DNA from: an uncultured Gammaproteobacteria bacterium
GTDB taxonomy: Bacteria > Patescibacteriota > Patescibacteriia > UBA9934
DNA length: 64,000 nt
Reading direction: 5' to 3'
Assembly (NCBI GenBank): GCA_964355955.1
Contig: CAYHFQ010000002.1
Location: 2,338-66,337, forward strand
Shown: one piece after another, positions 47,312 to 56,043 of the stretch
Numbering within the stretch: position 1 is the first letter of the stretch
Layout of the letters: each line of letters starts with the position of its first letter
Made by a program: the position numbers and the translations under genes
The notes under the pieces: generated by a model
What the model was told of the DNA's origin: nothing
Databases searched by the model: none
What the model saw: only the letters and a program-made list of their open reading frames with translations

Positions 47312-47800
47312 CTATAACTCCACATACTCCTCAACCGCCGTATCCTCCTGACTATACGCCATATCATCATCCTCGCTCTCACTCTCCCCACTACCCTGCC
47401 ACCCAGCGGCCAGCTGAGCTGGTCCCGCTACGCCCCTACCCAGCCCCTGAACACACTGTTCCTTAACTGCCCGCTCTGCCCACACTCTAAACCTATTCGC
47501 TAACCCCGGATTACTCCTATACCCAACGGCCAGTATCGCCTCCAAACTATAACTCTTAACCTCATAGTTCTTCCCATCCCTCGCAGTTATCCGGTTTTTC
47601 CGGACAACTGTATTCTCGCTAATCTCACCACCTTTAAACGCATTCTGTAAATGCTCGCTGACTGTTTTGATACTAATGCCGAACACCTCTCCTATTTCCT
47701 TTTGGGTGAGCCAGACGGTGCAATCCTCAACTCGTACATTAAAACGAATTGAACTGTTAGGTATTGCGTAGACAGCAGACTTAGGCTCAGAGGCAATCAC
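47312..47800 (-). CDS. stand-alone RhuM N-domain paralog with an acidic tail (truncated RhuM-like protein)
   Basis: AVYAIPNSSIRFNVRVEDCTVWLTQKEIGEVFGI...YSLEAILAVGYRSNPGLANRFRVWAERAV is about 50% identical to the N-domain of 46193-47191. The C-terminus is Glu/Asp-rich. Confidence 0.65.
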   Translation of the reverse strand: MIASEPKSAVYAIPNSSIRFNVRVEDCTVWLTQKEIGEVFGISIKTVSEHLQNAFKGGEISENTVVRKNRITARDGKNYEVKSYSLEAILAVGYRSNPGLANRFRVWAERAVKEQCVQGLGRGVAGPAQLAAGWQGSGESESEDDDMAYSQEDTAVEEYVEL

Positions 47801-47803
47801 ACT

Positions 47804-49654
47804 CTACAAAGCTAATCGACTCTTAAAAAACTCTCTTACATTCTCATCCACAAAATAAACATAACACCCCTTCATCCCACGAGTCATTAAGATCTTGTAT
47901 ATATTACGAACGTATTTATTAAGTTGATCTGGATTATTCTTCAGCGACTTCTTGCCGCTAGCATCTTTGTAAGAAGTCCAATTAGTTTTATATTCAAGTG
48001 TCTCTGAATCAAACTTCAAGTCACCGCCAACTATCACGCCCACATAATCAAACTCTAAGCCCTGTGACGTATGAATGCAGCCAACCTGGTCGAGGCCTCG
48101 AGGATCTATCGCCCAGGTAGTACCAACCTTACGAGAGTTCCAAGGCATTCTAAAATCGTGGCTCATTATCTCGACGTCAGCAACACCTCCATCAGCGTTG
48201 CCATCACGAATGGGCGTCCACTTCCAAGCATAACCAGCCACTATACGAGCGCTGTTACCTTCTGCCGATTTATCTTTAATAGCATCCCTAAGAGCATGCG
48301 GATCATCAAAGATTTGAAAATCAAAAGCCATCTTGTCCCAGCCATTAAAATTAGCTGTGGACTTGAGGTGTAAAACATCATTCAACCAATTGATATAACC
48401 TTCAGCTCCAGAACATCTGAATTGAGCAACTAAATCAACCGTATGAACTTTGGCACTAAATAGTTCTGCAACTCTGATTATTTCCTTTACTGTACCAATA
48501 TCTTCCGGTCTAATCGCCTGATCATCATCAACAAAGAATATACTTGTCTTAGCTGCCTTCACGATATCTTCTACTTGGTTTTGTCCGTAATATTGGTACG
48601 CTGTTTTATTCTTAAGACGATGAGCTTCGTCGACAATAACCACATCAAACGTGTCAGGCAATGCATCGACAAAACCAGCCGAACCCTTAAACAAATTCTT
48701 TAGACGGTTCTTCTTGTGCTCCTTGGCCAGTTTGTGAACGATTGTATCGCGAAATGAGGCGTTAGGAGCTACAAAGATGGTATTGAGCTCGTTCTTAAGC
48801 AATCCGCCAAGCAGATTGACTGAGATTACAGACTTGCCAGTGCCTGGGCCACCCTTAATAATTACTACTGATTTCTCCTTATTAGTTAGTGCTACCGAAC
48901 GAGCAGTCTCATAAGCCACCTTTTGCTCATCCAATAAAATAAACTCCTGGTTACCGCTAAACATACCAGCGACATGGTCAATCAACTTCTTGCTTGGCTT
49001 AATCTTACCGTATTCTATTTCGTAGAGAATCTCCTCGCCGTTACCTTTTCCAACATACTTCTTAAGAAACTGCTCGAGCTTAACCTGATCATTTTTGAAA
49101 TAAATAGGCGTCTCTTGAACTAACTCCTCATAAATACCGGTCGACAACGGCTCAGGCGAACGCTTTTCAAAATTATGTAGATAAGCGCAAGAAAATGGCG
49201 TCAGGTCCTTGGAATCAATATTCTCATTATAATCCTGTAAAAAATGCTTATAAGATTGGGCCTGATAGGATGGATGCGGCGTATCCCTAACTCCACCACC
49301 AAGATAGGTGCTCACAACTCCATCCTTCTCAGTTGCCTCAGCTGACTCCCACTGTTTGAGCTCGACTAAAATAAAGTTCTTGTTACCCTCTTCGTCATGT
49401 CCAGAAACGAAAAAGTCGATTCGGTTCGAGGTAGCAGGAATTACATACTCAATCAGAACTCCACAGCTCAGGTCCAGCTCGGCTTTTCGCACAACCCTCT
49501 CCATATACTGGAGCGAGTTCTCCCATGCTCGGCGTTCACTCGGAGCAACACGTCTCCCTAACATCCGCTGAAATTGCCCCTCAATAATCGGTGCAATCAT
49601 GTTCGAGTCGACGTCCTCTCTAAATCCGCCAATGGTGCTCTTATATAGAAACAT
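47804..49654 (-). CDS. DUF2075-type protein: N-terminal PD-(D/E)XK-like nuclease domain, P-loop ATPase, UvrD-C-like domain (defence-island ATPase-nuclease)
   Basis: RIDFFVSG...ILVELKQW (nuclease-like), Walker A GGPGTGKS, Walker B VVIVDEAHRL, C-terminal TSQGLEFDYVGVIVG (UvrD_C-type). Confidence 0.7.
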   Translation of the reverse strand: MFLYKSTIGGFREDVDSNMIAPIIEGQFQRMLGRRVAPSERRAWENSLQYMERVVRKAELDLSCGVLIEYVIPATSNRIDFFVSGHDEEGNKNFILVELKQWESAEATEKDGVVSTYLGGGVRDTPHPSYQAQSYKHFLQDYNENIDSKDLTPFSCAYLHNFEKRSPEPLSTGIYEELVQETPIYFKNDQVKLEQFLKKYVGKGNGEEILYEIEYGKIKPSKKLIDHVAGMFSGNQEFILLDEQKVAYETARSVALTNKEKSVVIIKGGPGTGKSVISVNLLGGLLKNELNTIFVAPNASFRDTIVHKLAKEHKKNRLKNLFKGSAGFVDALPDTFDVVIVDEAHRLKNKTAYQYYGQNQVEDIVKAAKTSIFFVDDDQAIRPEDIGTVKEIIRVAELFSAKVHTVDLVAQFRCSGAEGYINWLNDVLHLKSTANFNGWDKMAFDFQIFDDPHALRDAIKDKSAEGNSARIVAGYAWKWTPIRDGNADGGVADVEIMSHDFRMPWNSRKVGTTWAIDPRGLDQVGCIHTSQGLEFDYVGVIVGGDLKFDSETLEYKTNWTSYKDASGKKSLKNNPDQLNKYVRNIYKILMTRGMKGCYVYFVDENVREFFKSRLAL

Positions 49655-49669
49655 ACACGATAAATTCTT

Positions 49670-50719
49670 TTAAATACGTGATAATCTTTTTAATACATTT
49701 TGATACTTACTGATAAATTCACCAGTCTCATAAGGTTCACCCGAATAGAACATATCCTTATCCACGTTATAATCTTCTGAAAGCTGCAATGCGTTGCGTA
49801 AACTCTTCATGACACCCTTATCTACCTCTTCACCCTGTTTAATTTTGTTTGCAGATAGATGATACGATAAGGTTTGATGCCTTTTAAAAAATTTATTTCC
49901 GTTCGTTATTGTTCTTTCAAAACACTCAGTTTGGTTATTATATATACAATTAAAATTACGTAGAATACGAGTAAGTTTCATTAAAGTTACTGGTCGTTGA
50001 CCTTTTTTCATTATTTTAGCATTTTTTACAATCCAAAGCGCGAGATTATATATCACACCATCCTCACTCAAACCGTTATCGTGTTGAGCGATCTTCATTG
50101 AAATTTGGAATAATTCGTCATCATTACATATTAAAGAAACATGATGTCGGTCAAGAAAAACTAGAAGAGAGACGAGGGCGGATCTCTTATTACCATTATG
50201 GAATGAATGGTTATTTGAGATAGCATACATTAATGCAGCCCCAGATGTTTCTACAGTTGGATATTTGTAATTATATCCAAATGATGTTTGAGGGTGAAAA
50301 ACAGCAGACTCTAACAAGTTAATATTCTTAATACCGTCAGGAGAAATAGGATCCTCTGATAGCGCGGCATCCTTCGCTAATTCAGAGTGAATGGCGATAA
50401 TCTCAGAAGTAGTCAGATAAACAGGCTCGTCTAATCTCTTGCCTATAGTAGAATAATCGAAATACTCTACTTTAGCATTTTTCTTGGCTTCTTTTCGCGT
50501 CAAAGAAATATCTGCAGGATTTACATTAGATATAGTTTTTAGGATAAAAGCTAAATGCTTCTGCCTGATTACACTATTTCGATTAATTAAATAATCAAAC
50601 TTATCACTGCTAGCGCCAAGATCCCAAAGCAATATTAATAGATTATCAGGGTCGATGTTATAATTTCTTGCAATTCGGCCAATTGTTCTTTTTGTCGATT
50701 TCATATTTTGCATTCTCAA
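49670..50719 (-). CDS. Fic/Doc-family protein with a Doc-type active-site motif (HSFHNGNKRSALV), flanked by extra N- and C-terminal regions
   Basis: HxFx(D/N)GNKR is the Doc-class signature of the Fic fold. 349 aa. Very AT-rich codon usage. Confidence 0.7.
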   Translation of the reverse strand: MRMQNMKSTKRTIGRIARNYNIDPDNLLILLWDLGASSDKFDYLINRNSVIRQKHLAFILKTISNVNPADISLTRKEAKKNAKVEYFDYSTIGKRLDEPVYLTTSEIIAIHSELAKDAALSEDPISPDGIKNINLLESAVFHPQTSFGYNYKYPTVETSGAALMYAISNNHSFHNGNKRSALVSLLVFLDRHHVSLICNDDELFQISMKIAQHDNGLSEDGVIYNLALWIVKNAKIMKKGQRPVTLMKLTRILRNFNCIYNNQTECFERTITNGNKFFKRHQTLSYHLSANKIKQGEEVDKGVMKSLRNALQLSEDYNVDKDMFYSGEPYETGEFISKYQNVLKRLSRI

Positions 50720-50720
50720 C

Positions 50721-51071
50721 CTATAACTCCGTATACTTCACCGCACTCCCCTTACTCTTCTCCACCGGATACTTCTCCCCATTCTTCGCCAGTTTGCGTT
50801 CGAAGGCGTCACTCAGGTCAATCCCTAAGTCATGCGTCATGAGGAGTACCCAGTAGAATACGTCCGCCAGTTCGTCCGCCACGTCGGCCTTGTGCTCCGC
50901 GAGGTACTTGGTCAAAGCATCGCCATTCCGCCACTGGAAGTGTTCAAGTACCTCTGTGGCCTCTAGTTGGAGCGAAATAGCGCAGTCCTTGGGATTATGA
51001 AACTGCCGCCAATTCCTAGCGTCGCGAAAGGAGGTGACGAGGGCGGTCAGTTCGGCGATGGATTTAGGCAT
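50721..51071 (-). CDS. MazG-like nucleotide pyrophosphohydrolase (YpjD-type, all-alpha NTP-PPase)
   Basis: WRQFHNPKD...SLQLEATEVLEHFQW...ELADVFYWVL...GIDL...KYP, the EExxE/D motifs of small MazG proteins. Starts 1 nt after the Doc gene stop. Confidence 0.8.
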   Translation of the reverse strand: MPKSIAELTALVTSFRDARNWRQFHNPKDCAISLQLEATEVLEHFQWRNGDALTKYLAEHKADVADELADVFYWVLLMTHDLGIDLSDAFERKLAKNGEKYPVEKSKGSAVKYTEL

Positions 51072-51181
51072 ATGTTGTGGATAAGTTGACTTTTACTCAA
51101 ATATACACTATTCTAACACATGTAAGCCCTCGGGTTTGCCCGATTTTGATCAAGATCCGTCCCTCGGGGCGGATCTTTGAG

Positions 51182-51781
51182 TTAATGGCCAACTTTTAAA
51201 CGATAGTCCAAATCTTGGGCAAAGATTATTTCATCTAAATATCCCTGCTTTTTAGCGTCAAAAACTTCTCGACCTATATGGTCACGCGCCCCAATTACAA
51301 TACACGATTTTTGATATTCGTCTTTCAAATAGCGTACCGCGTGCATTAAATCCCCATCCCCTGAGAAAAGTACCAATGAATCATAGGAATCACGATACTT
51401 CACTAGGTCGATTGCCATTTCAACATCCAAATCACACTTCTTTTCAAACCCAATCTTATTATCAGAAGAATGGATATATTTAACTCGCTTAGTGACAATT
51501 TCAAATTTATTCCATTTGGCTTTTTCCAAAATCAATCGCGACCATTCAGAAAGTGCTGACGACCTTTCATCTTTGCCAAAATCTGAACCATAGTAAAAAC
51601 GTCTATTCTGTCTATTACCGAGCGAAAAGTGCTTGACCAACTGAGCCAATTTACCAATATCAATATTCCAACCTAGACTATTCTTCCATTTCTCTACATT
51701 ACCAAAATCAACAATAACCATCGTTCGGTCAAGCTTAACTGCATATGTATCGAGATATTTCTTAATCTGTTCCTTATTCAT
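51182..51781 (-). CDS. NYN-domain (LabA-like, PIN-related) predicted RNase
   Basis: VIVDFGNVEKW ... LVLFSGDGDLMHAV, the NYN acidic motifs. 199 aa. Confidence 0.65.
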   Translation of the reverse strand: MNKEQIKKYLDTYAVKLDRTMVIVDFGNVEKWKNSLGWNIDIGKLAQLVKHFSLGNRQNRRFYYGSDFGKDERSSALSEWSRLILEKAKWNKFEIVTKRVKYIHSSDNKIGFEKKCDLDVEMAIDLVKYRDSYDSLVLFSGDGDLMHAVRYLKDEYQKSCIVIGARDHIGREVFDAKKQGYLDEIIFAQDLDYRLKVGH

Positions 51782-51797
51782 AATCCAGATCCATCTT

Positions 51798-51858
51798 ACA
51801 CCATTTTCGTGATATCACGAAAATGGTGTGTCGGTATGTTCCAATCTGGAACATACCG
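51798..51858. promoter_or_regulatory. two strong palindromes just upstream of NYN: a 32-bp perfect palindrome acaccattttcgtgat|atcacgaaaatggtgt and cggtatgttcca-atc-tggaacataccg
   Basis: Read directly. The first starts 17 nt upstream of the NYN start codon. Confidence 0.6.
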
Positions 51859-51940
51859 GGTTTCCCTTTATTTAATGATTTGTTGACGTCAACAAAATGA
51901 TAATTCATTGGTGAATTGATAAAAATGTGCAATAAATAAT

Positions 51941-52030
51941 AAACGTGAAAAACATCAAAATTTAGTCATAATTCACGTTTATCTTGACTATAAACGTGAA
52001 AAATGGTAAAATATCGTCATAATTCACGTT
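51941..52030 (+). promoter_or_regulatory. Fic promoter/operator: two tandem ~40-bp units (aaacgtgaaaaa-N-gtcataattcacgtt, each an inverted repeat) around a TTGACT-17-TAAAAT promoter (51984-52012)
   Basis: Unit 1 is 51941-51980 and unit 2 is 51992-52030. Further palindromes: ttgacgtcaa (51882-51891), aattcattggtgaatt (51902-51917). Confidence 0.55.
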
Positions 52031-52041
52031 AATTATTTGCT

Positions 52042-52914
52042 ATGGCTAGGCTCAAGTCGTATCTAAAAGAGATTGATAATTTGCGTAAACGCTATTTTTT
52101 GGCTTTACCAGGCAAAGAATCGCTCGTGAAACTAATTAGTGAAGCTGAGGTTTCGGAGCAAGTTTATAACTCAAATGCTATTGAGAATAGTACGTTAACC
52201 TTGGAAGAGACCGAGAAGATTTTGCTTAAATTGGACCTCGATCGCTACATCAGCGAACGAGAACTATTTGAAGCTAAGAATCTAGCTCAGGTGACTAACT
52301 ACATGGAGATACGGGCTCATGAGCAGCCACTCAATGAGGACGTGGTGCTCCTGCTCCACAAAATGCTGTTAACGAATATTCGTACCGATATCGCCGGACG
52401 GTTCCGAGCGGCAGACGAATGGGTTCGTGTTGGTAGCTATATTGCTGCCAACCCAGCTGAAATTTACGAGCTTCTGGCTAACATGTTTACAGAATATGCC
52501 GCCAATCCGCAGCTGCACATTGTTAAACGTCTAGCTAGGTTCCATTTAACCTTTGAGCATATTCACCCGTTTGTTGACGGCAATGGTCGCATGGGCCGCA
52601 CCATGAATAACTACCTCTTGCTACGTGACGGTTATGTGCCGCTCACTATTCTTTTCGCTACCCGCGAGTTGTATTACCAGGCTTTCAAGGAGTTTGATGC
52701 GACAGGTTCAACGTCGACTATGGAAGATATCATCGGTTTAGCCCTACGAGAAAGTTACCACAAGCGCTTGGCATATCTTGAAGGTAAAAAGATTATTACC
52801 CTCAATGAATATGGGAAGATAAACAATATCACGCTTTCTGCCCTACTCAATAAAGCCGCACGCCAAACTATTGAAGCTTTTCGCGAGAAAGGGACGTGGA
52901 AGATTGGAGTTTAA
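52042..52914 (+). CDS. Fic-family protein (class II, with N-terminal inhibitory-helix motif SNAIEN and canonical HPFVDGNGRMGR)
   Basis: The HPFx(D/E)GNGR active-site loop is exact. (S/T)xxxE(G/N) is present near residue 44. 290 aa. Confidence 0.85.
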   Translation: MARLKSYLKEIDNLRKRYFLALPGKESLVKLISEAEVSEQVYNSNAIENSTLTLEETEKILLKLDLDRYISERELFEAKNLAQVTNYMEIRAHEQPLNEDVVLLLHKMLLTNIRTDIAGRFRAADEWVRVGSYIAANPAEIYELLANMFTEYAANPQLHIVKRLARFHLTFEHIHPFVDGNGRMGRTMNNYLLLRDGYVPLTILFATRELYYQAFKEFDATGSTSTMEDIIGLALRESYHKRLAYLEGKKIITLNEYGKINNITLSALLNKAARQTIEAFREKGTWKIGV

Positions 52915-54469
52915 AAGGCAACCTAACCATCTCCTTCTCCCCCTCTTGTTTACGGAGCGCCAACGTCAATCCCTCCCAGTCAAAGAACGGCAAGACAAAC
53001 AACATATACCCCAAGCCGATCGGGTGATTTAGGTACGGCGAGAAGACGTGGGTGATGAAGAGAGCCACTACGCCAGCGTACAGGCCGATGGTGAGCCAAC
53101 GGTGGCCGTGATTGTGATAGGTGAAGTAAAACGCGCGGCTGACGACGACGAAATACCACACGAAGGCGATGAGGCCGAGCAAGCCCATCTTGAGCCAAAT
53201 ATCTTGATAACCCCATTCAAAACGGTAGGTGGTGTATTCGCCCGTTGGGTTGGTAGCGCGGATGCGGGGGTCGTCGGTAATGAAGGTGACGTCGTGACCA
53301 AAGCCACGGCCGAGCATCGGGCTCGCTACAATTTCCTGGTACATCGGGTAAAGCAAGTTCCAACGACTGCTAATGGCAAGCCCTCTGTCATCCGCTTGCG
53401 ACGCTTTATAGAAGGCCGCCTCTTTCAAATTCGGATGTTTCGGAATCGGTGAAACGATAACCGCCCAGAACAACACGGCACCCAAAGCCATCACCAAACC
53501 AACTCGGCCAGCATTCAAAACATATTTACCGACACTCTTCGGTGCATCAAGCAGCGCAAACAAGGCAACGATGCCAGCCCCAGCCATAGCACCTAGCACA
53601 AAGCTGCGGGAAAGACTTGCTATAAACGTGGCCGTACAAAGAATTAACGTCGCCTTAGCAATTAGTGGCATCCTTTCGCTCTTCCAGACGGTGAACCTCG
53701 CAGCGACCAGAGCAAAGATCATGACCATCGGGAAGAAATGGGCTGGCTCGAACACGCGGAAGTACCATGGGCTAGCAGAAGGCAAAAGATTACCAACGAA
53801 CCACTTAGGCCCTGTGAGCAACGTCACCTCGGCAATCCGGGCATCACGCACAAACTCATACACTCCCCGTAGTAATCCTCCTGGCAAATGCGTAAACAGG
53901 AAAACGATCAAGAGCGTATTAACGCAAATAAAAATCGTACTAGCAAACAGCACCTGCAGCAGCTCTCGCTTCTTATTGCTGTCCCAAGCGATCGACAACA
54001 GCGGCAACAAATAAGCAATCGTCACATAACTATTAGCGTCATCAAAGGCTTCGCCGACATTGTTCTGCGCTAAACCGATAATCGCGCCTATACCAACCGC
54101 CAACAACAGCAGCAACCACGGCGTATCGCGGAGTACCATAAACTTCGGCCACGTCTTTGTCCTTATCGACGACGCCAACCAGGCCAACATGACAGCCGCA
54201 AAAATTACCATCCTAATACTCAAACTAAATCCGCCAACGCTGGCATCGATCAAATGCCCATGCCCGCCGACCATAATTTCGGCAAAGGCAATCAGCAATC
54301 CGTTAATCGGATTCTTATATGCCATTACCGCTGTCGCCACAAAAATGACACCCAGCGCTATCAACGACGGAATTTGCTGATGTTGAATAGGAATCGCCAC
54401 CAGTGTCAGCAAAGTCAACGCCGCCAACACTATCCCTGCTGTTTTTCCTACAAATTGCTTGTTAAACAT
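52868..54469 (-). CDS. polytopic membrane protein, O-antigen ligase/polymerase (Wzy_C)-like
   Basis: About 12 TM helices with a central large loop, next to the GT and Wzx genes. The start likely lies internal to the ORF, which overlaps the Fic gene's 3' end. Confidence 0.5.
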   Translation of the reverse strand: MFNKQFVGKTAGIVLAALTLLTLVAIPIQHQQIPSLIALGVIFVATAVMAYKNPINGLLIAFAEIMVGGHGHLIDASVGGFSLSIRMVIFAAVMLAWLASSIRTKTWPKFMVLRDTPWLLLLLAVGIGAIIGLAQNNVGEAFDDANSYVTIAYLLPLLSIAWDSNKKRELLQVLFASTIFICVNTLLIVFLFTHLPGGLLRGVYEFVRDARIAEVTLLTGPKWFVGNLLPSASPWYFRVFEPAHFFPMVMIFALVAARFTVWKSERMPLIAKATLILCTATFIASLSRSFVLGAMAGAGIVALFALLDAPKSVGKYVLNAGRVGLVMALGAVLFWAVIVSPIPKHPNLKEAAFYKASQADDRGLAISSRWNLLYPMYQEIVASPMLGRGFGHDVTFITDDPRIRATNPTGEYTTYRFEWGYQDIWLKMGLLGLIAFVWYFVVVSRAFYFTYHNHGHRWLTIGLYAGVVALFITHVFSPYLNHPIGLGYMLFVLPFFDWEGLTLALRKQEGEKEMVRLPFKLQSSTSLSREKLQ

Positions 54470-54477
54470 ATTTTCGA

Positions 54478-55332
54478 CTAACCTCGTTTAATAATCGCCG
54501 CGCCATATGCCAAAACAATGAACACTGGCGCTAGTACCCACAACATAAGTGCCGAGCCAACACCGTGATGCTTGGCGAAATACTTGCGCATACTCTCCCG
54601 CACCCATTTTTGCTTCCTAATCGTCGCCAACTGGTCGAACGTATGGCCCTTATGATGCACAATCTCCACGTCGGCATAATGTCGTATTTTGAAGCCAGCG
54701 TCGTGCGCCATCTTGCAATAATCCACCTCCTCAAACCAAATGAAATAACGCTCGTCAAACAAACCAATTTTATCGATAACTTCCTTACGAATCATCATGA
54801 ACGCCCCCATGATCGAGTCGACATCTTGCGTCTTCAAGGCGTCGACGTCACGCATCATGTAATCATCAATGCTCCGTACTCGACGAATGAAGTGCGGCAC
54901 TTTAAGCATTATCAGCAACTGGTCGATCATCTTCGGGAAGCGACGAATACTGTCTTGCAACTCACCGTTCGGATAGCGAATAATACAACTCCCAATCCCC
55001 ACCTCCGCATCCCTATCCATATGCTGCACCATTTTTTCGATGGCATCTGCGGGAATGACAGTATCAGGATTGAGGAGAAGCACATATCTCCCCTTGGCCA
55101 ACTTCATTCCCTGATTCACTGCTGCCGCGAACCCTCGGTTCTCCTCGTTGGACTTATAGGTCACATCGGTCAAGTATTCTTTAACGAGTTTTTCTGTAGC
55201 TGCATTAGCTGCATTATCAATTACAATCACTTCGCGGTCTACGCCAGTCGAGGCTTGTACAGCCGCCAAGCACGCCGTCAAAACAGCTGGAGCTTCCTTA
55301 TACGTCAGGATTACGATGGAGACGTCGGTCAT
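54478..55332 (-). CDS. family-2 glycosyltransferase
   Basis: VSIVILTYKEAP...VIVIDNA...DxD region. Confidence 0.75.
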   Translation of the reverse strand: MTDVSIVILTYKEAPAVLTACLAAVQASTGVDREVIVIDNAANAATEKLVKEYLTDVTYKSNEENRGFAAAVNQGMKLAKGRYVLLLNPDTVIPADAIEKMVQHMDRDAEVGIGSCIIRYPNGELQDSIRRFPKMIDQLLIMLKVPHFIRRVRSIDDYMMRDVDALKTQDVDSIMGAFMMIRKEVIDKIGLFDERYFIWFEEVDYCKMAHDAGFKIRHYADVEIVHHKGHTFDQLATIRKQKWVRESMRKYFAKHHGVGSALMLWVLAPVFIVLAYGAAIIKRG

Positions 55333-56042
55333 ACAAGATGATGTTTTTTAACCATGATTTCACGAGCCGCTTCGTACTTACTCACCCTCGCTGGCTTCCA
55401 CGGCAACCAACGCCACGGCAATTGATACACGAACGACGGCAACCAACTGCTCCCAATGCGTGACGGCCCGTCGATAGTAACGTCAAACCACACACCCGGC
55501 ACCAACACACCTTCAAAGCCCCGTTCGAGCATAGTCAACCACACATCCCAATCCTGAAAGCGTTTAATGGTTTCATCGAACCCCGGAAAGACGCTGTGCT
55601 TCACTAAACAAGTGGTATGCACAAAATTCACCCGCTTTAAACGATTGGCGCTGAACGGCAGACCACGGAAGATCTTCCAACCAAAACGGAAACCGGTGTA
55701 GGCGTAACCAACATTTTTCGGCGCCGACTCAAGTGTCGCGAAACATTTGGTTAGCATGCCTTTTTTGAGGACGACGTCCGCATCCGCAAACATAAGATAC
55801 TTACCAGTCGCCGCATAGAGTCCCCTATTCCTGGCTGGATTAGAGCCTTTATTCTCCTGGTGGATCACTGTCACTTTATTCGCATATTTTTTGAGCACCT
55901 CGGCCGTATTGTCCGTGCTCCCATCGTCGACCACGATCACCTCAATACCGACTCCCGCCTGCGCCAAAATCGAATCCAAGCAAGCCGGCAAAGTTGCGGC
56001 ATGCTGGTAAGTTGGCACGATGACGGAAATAAGTGGCTTCAT
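55329..56042 (-). CDS. family-2 glycosyltransferase
   Basis: ISVIVPTYQHAATL...VIVVDDGSTDNT. Confidence 0.75.
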   Translation of the reverse strand: MKPLISVIVPTYQHAATLPACLDSILAQAGVGIEVIVVDDGSTDNTAEVLKKYANKVTVIHQENKGSNPARNRGLYAATGKYLMFADADVVLKKGMLTKCFATLESAPKNVGYAYTGFRFGWKIFRGLPFSANRLKRVNFVHTTCLVKHSVFPGFDETIKRFQDWDVWLTMLERGFEGVLVPGVWFDVTIDGPSRIGSSWLPSFVYQLPWRWLPWKPARVSKYEAAREIMVKKHHLV

Positions 56043-56043
56043 A

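Noticed and set aside
51941-52030. The tandem repeats upstream of Fic as a CRISPR array
   Set aside because: Only two units with no constant repeat/variable spacer organisation, and no cas genes. Each unit is an inverted repeat positioned on a promoter, which is more consistent with an operator.
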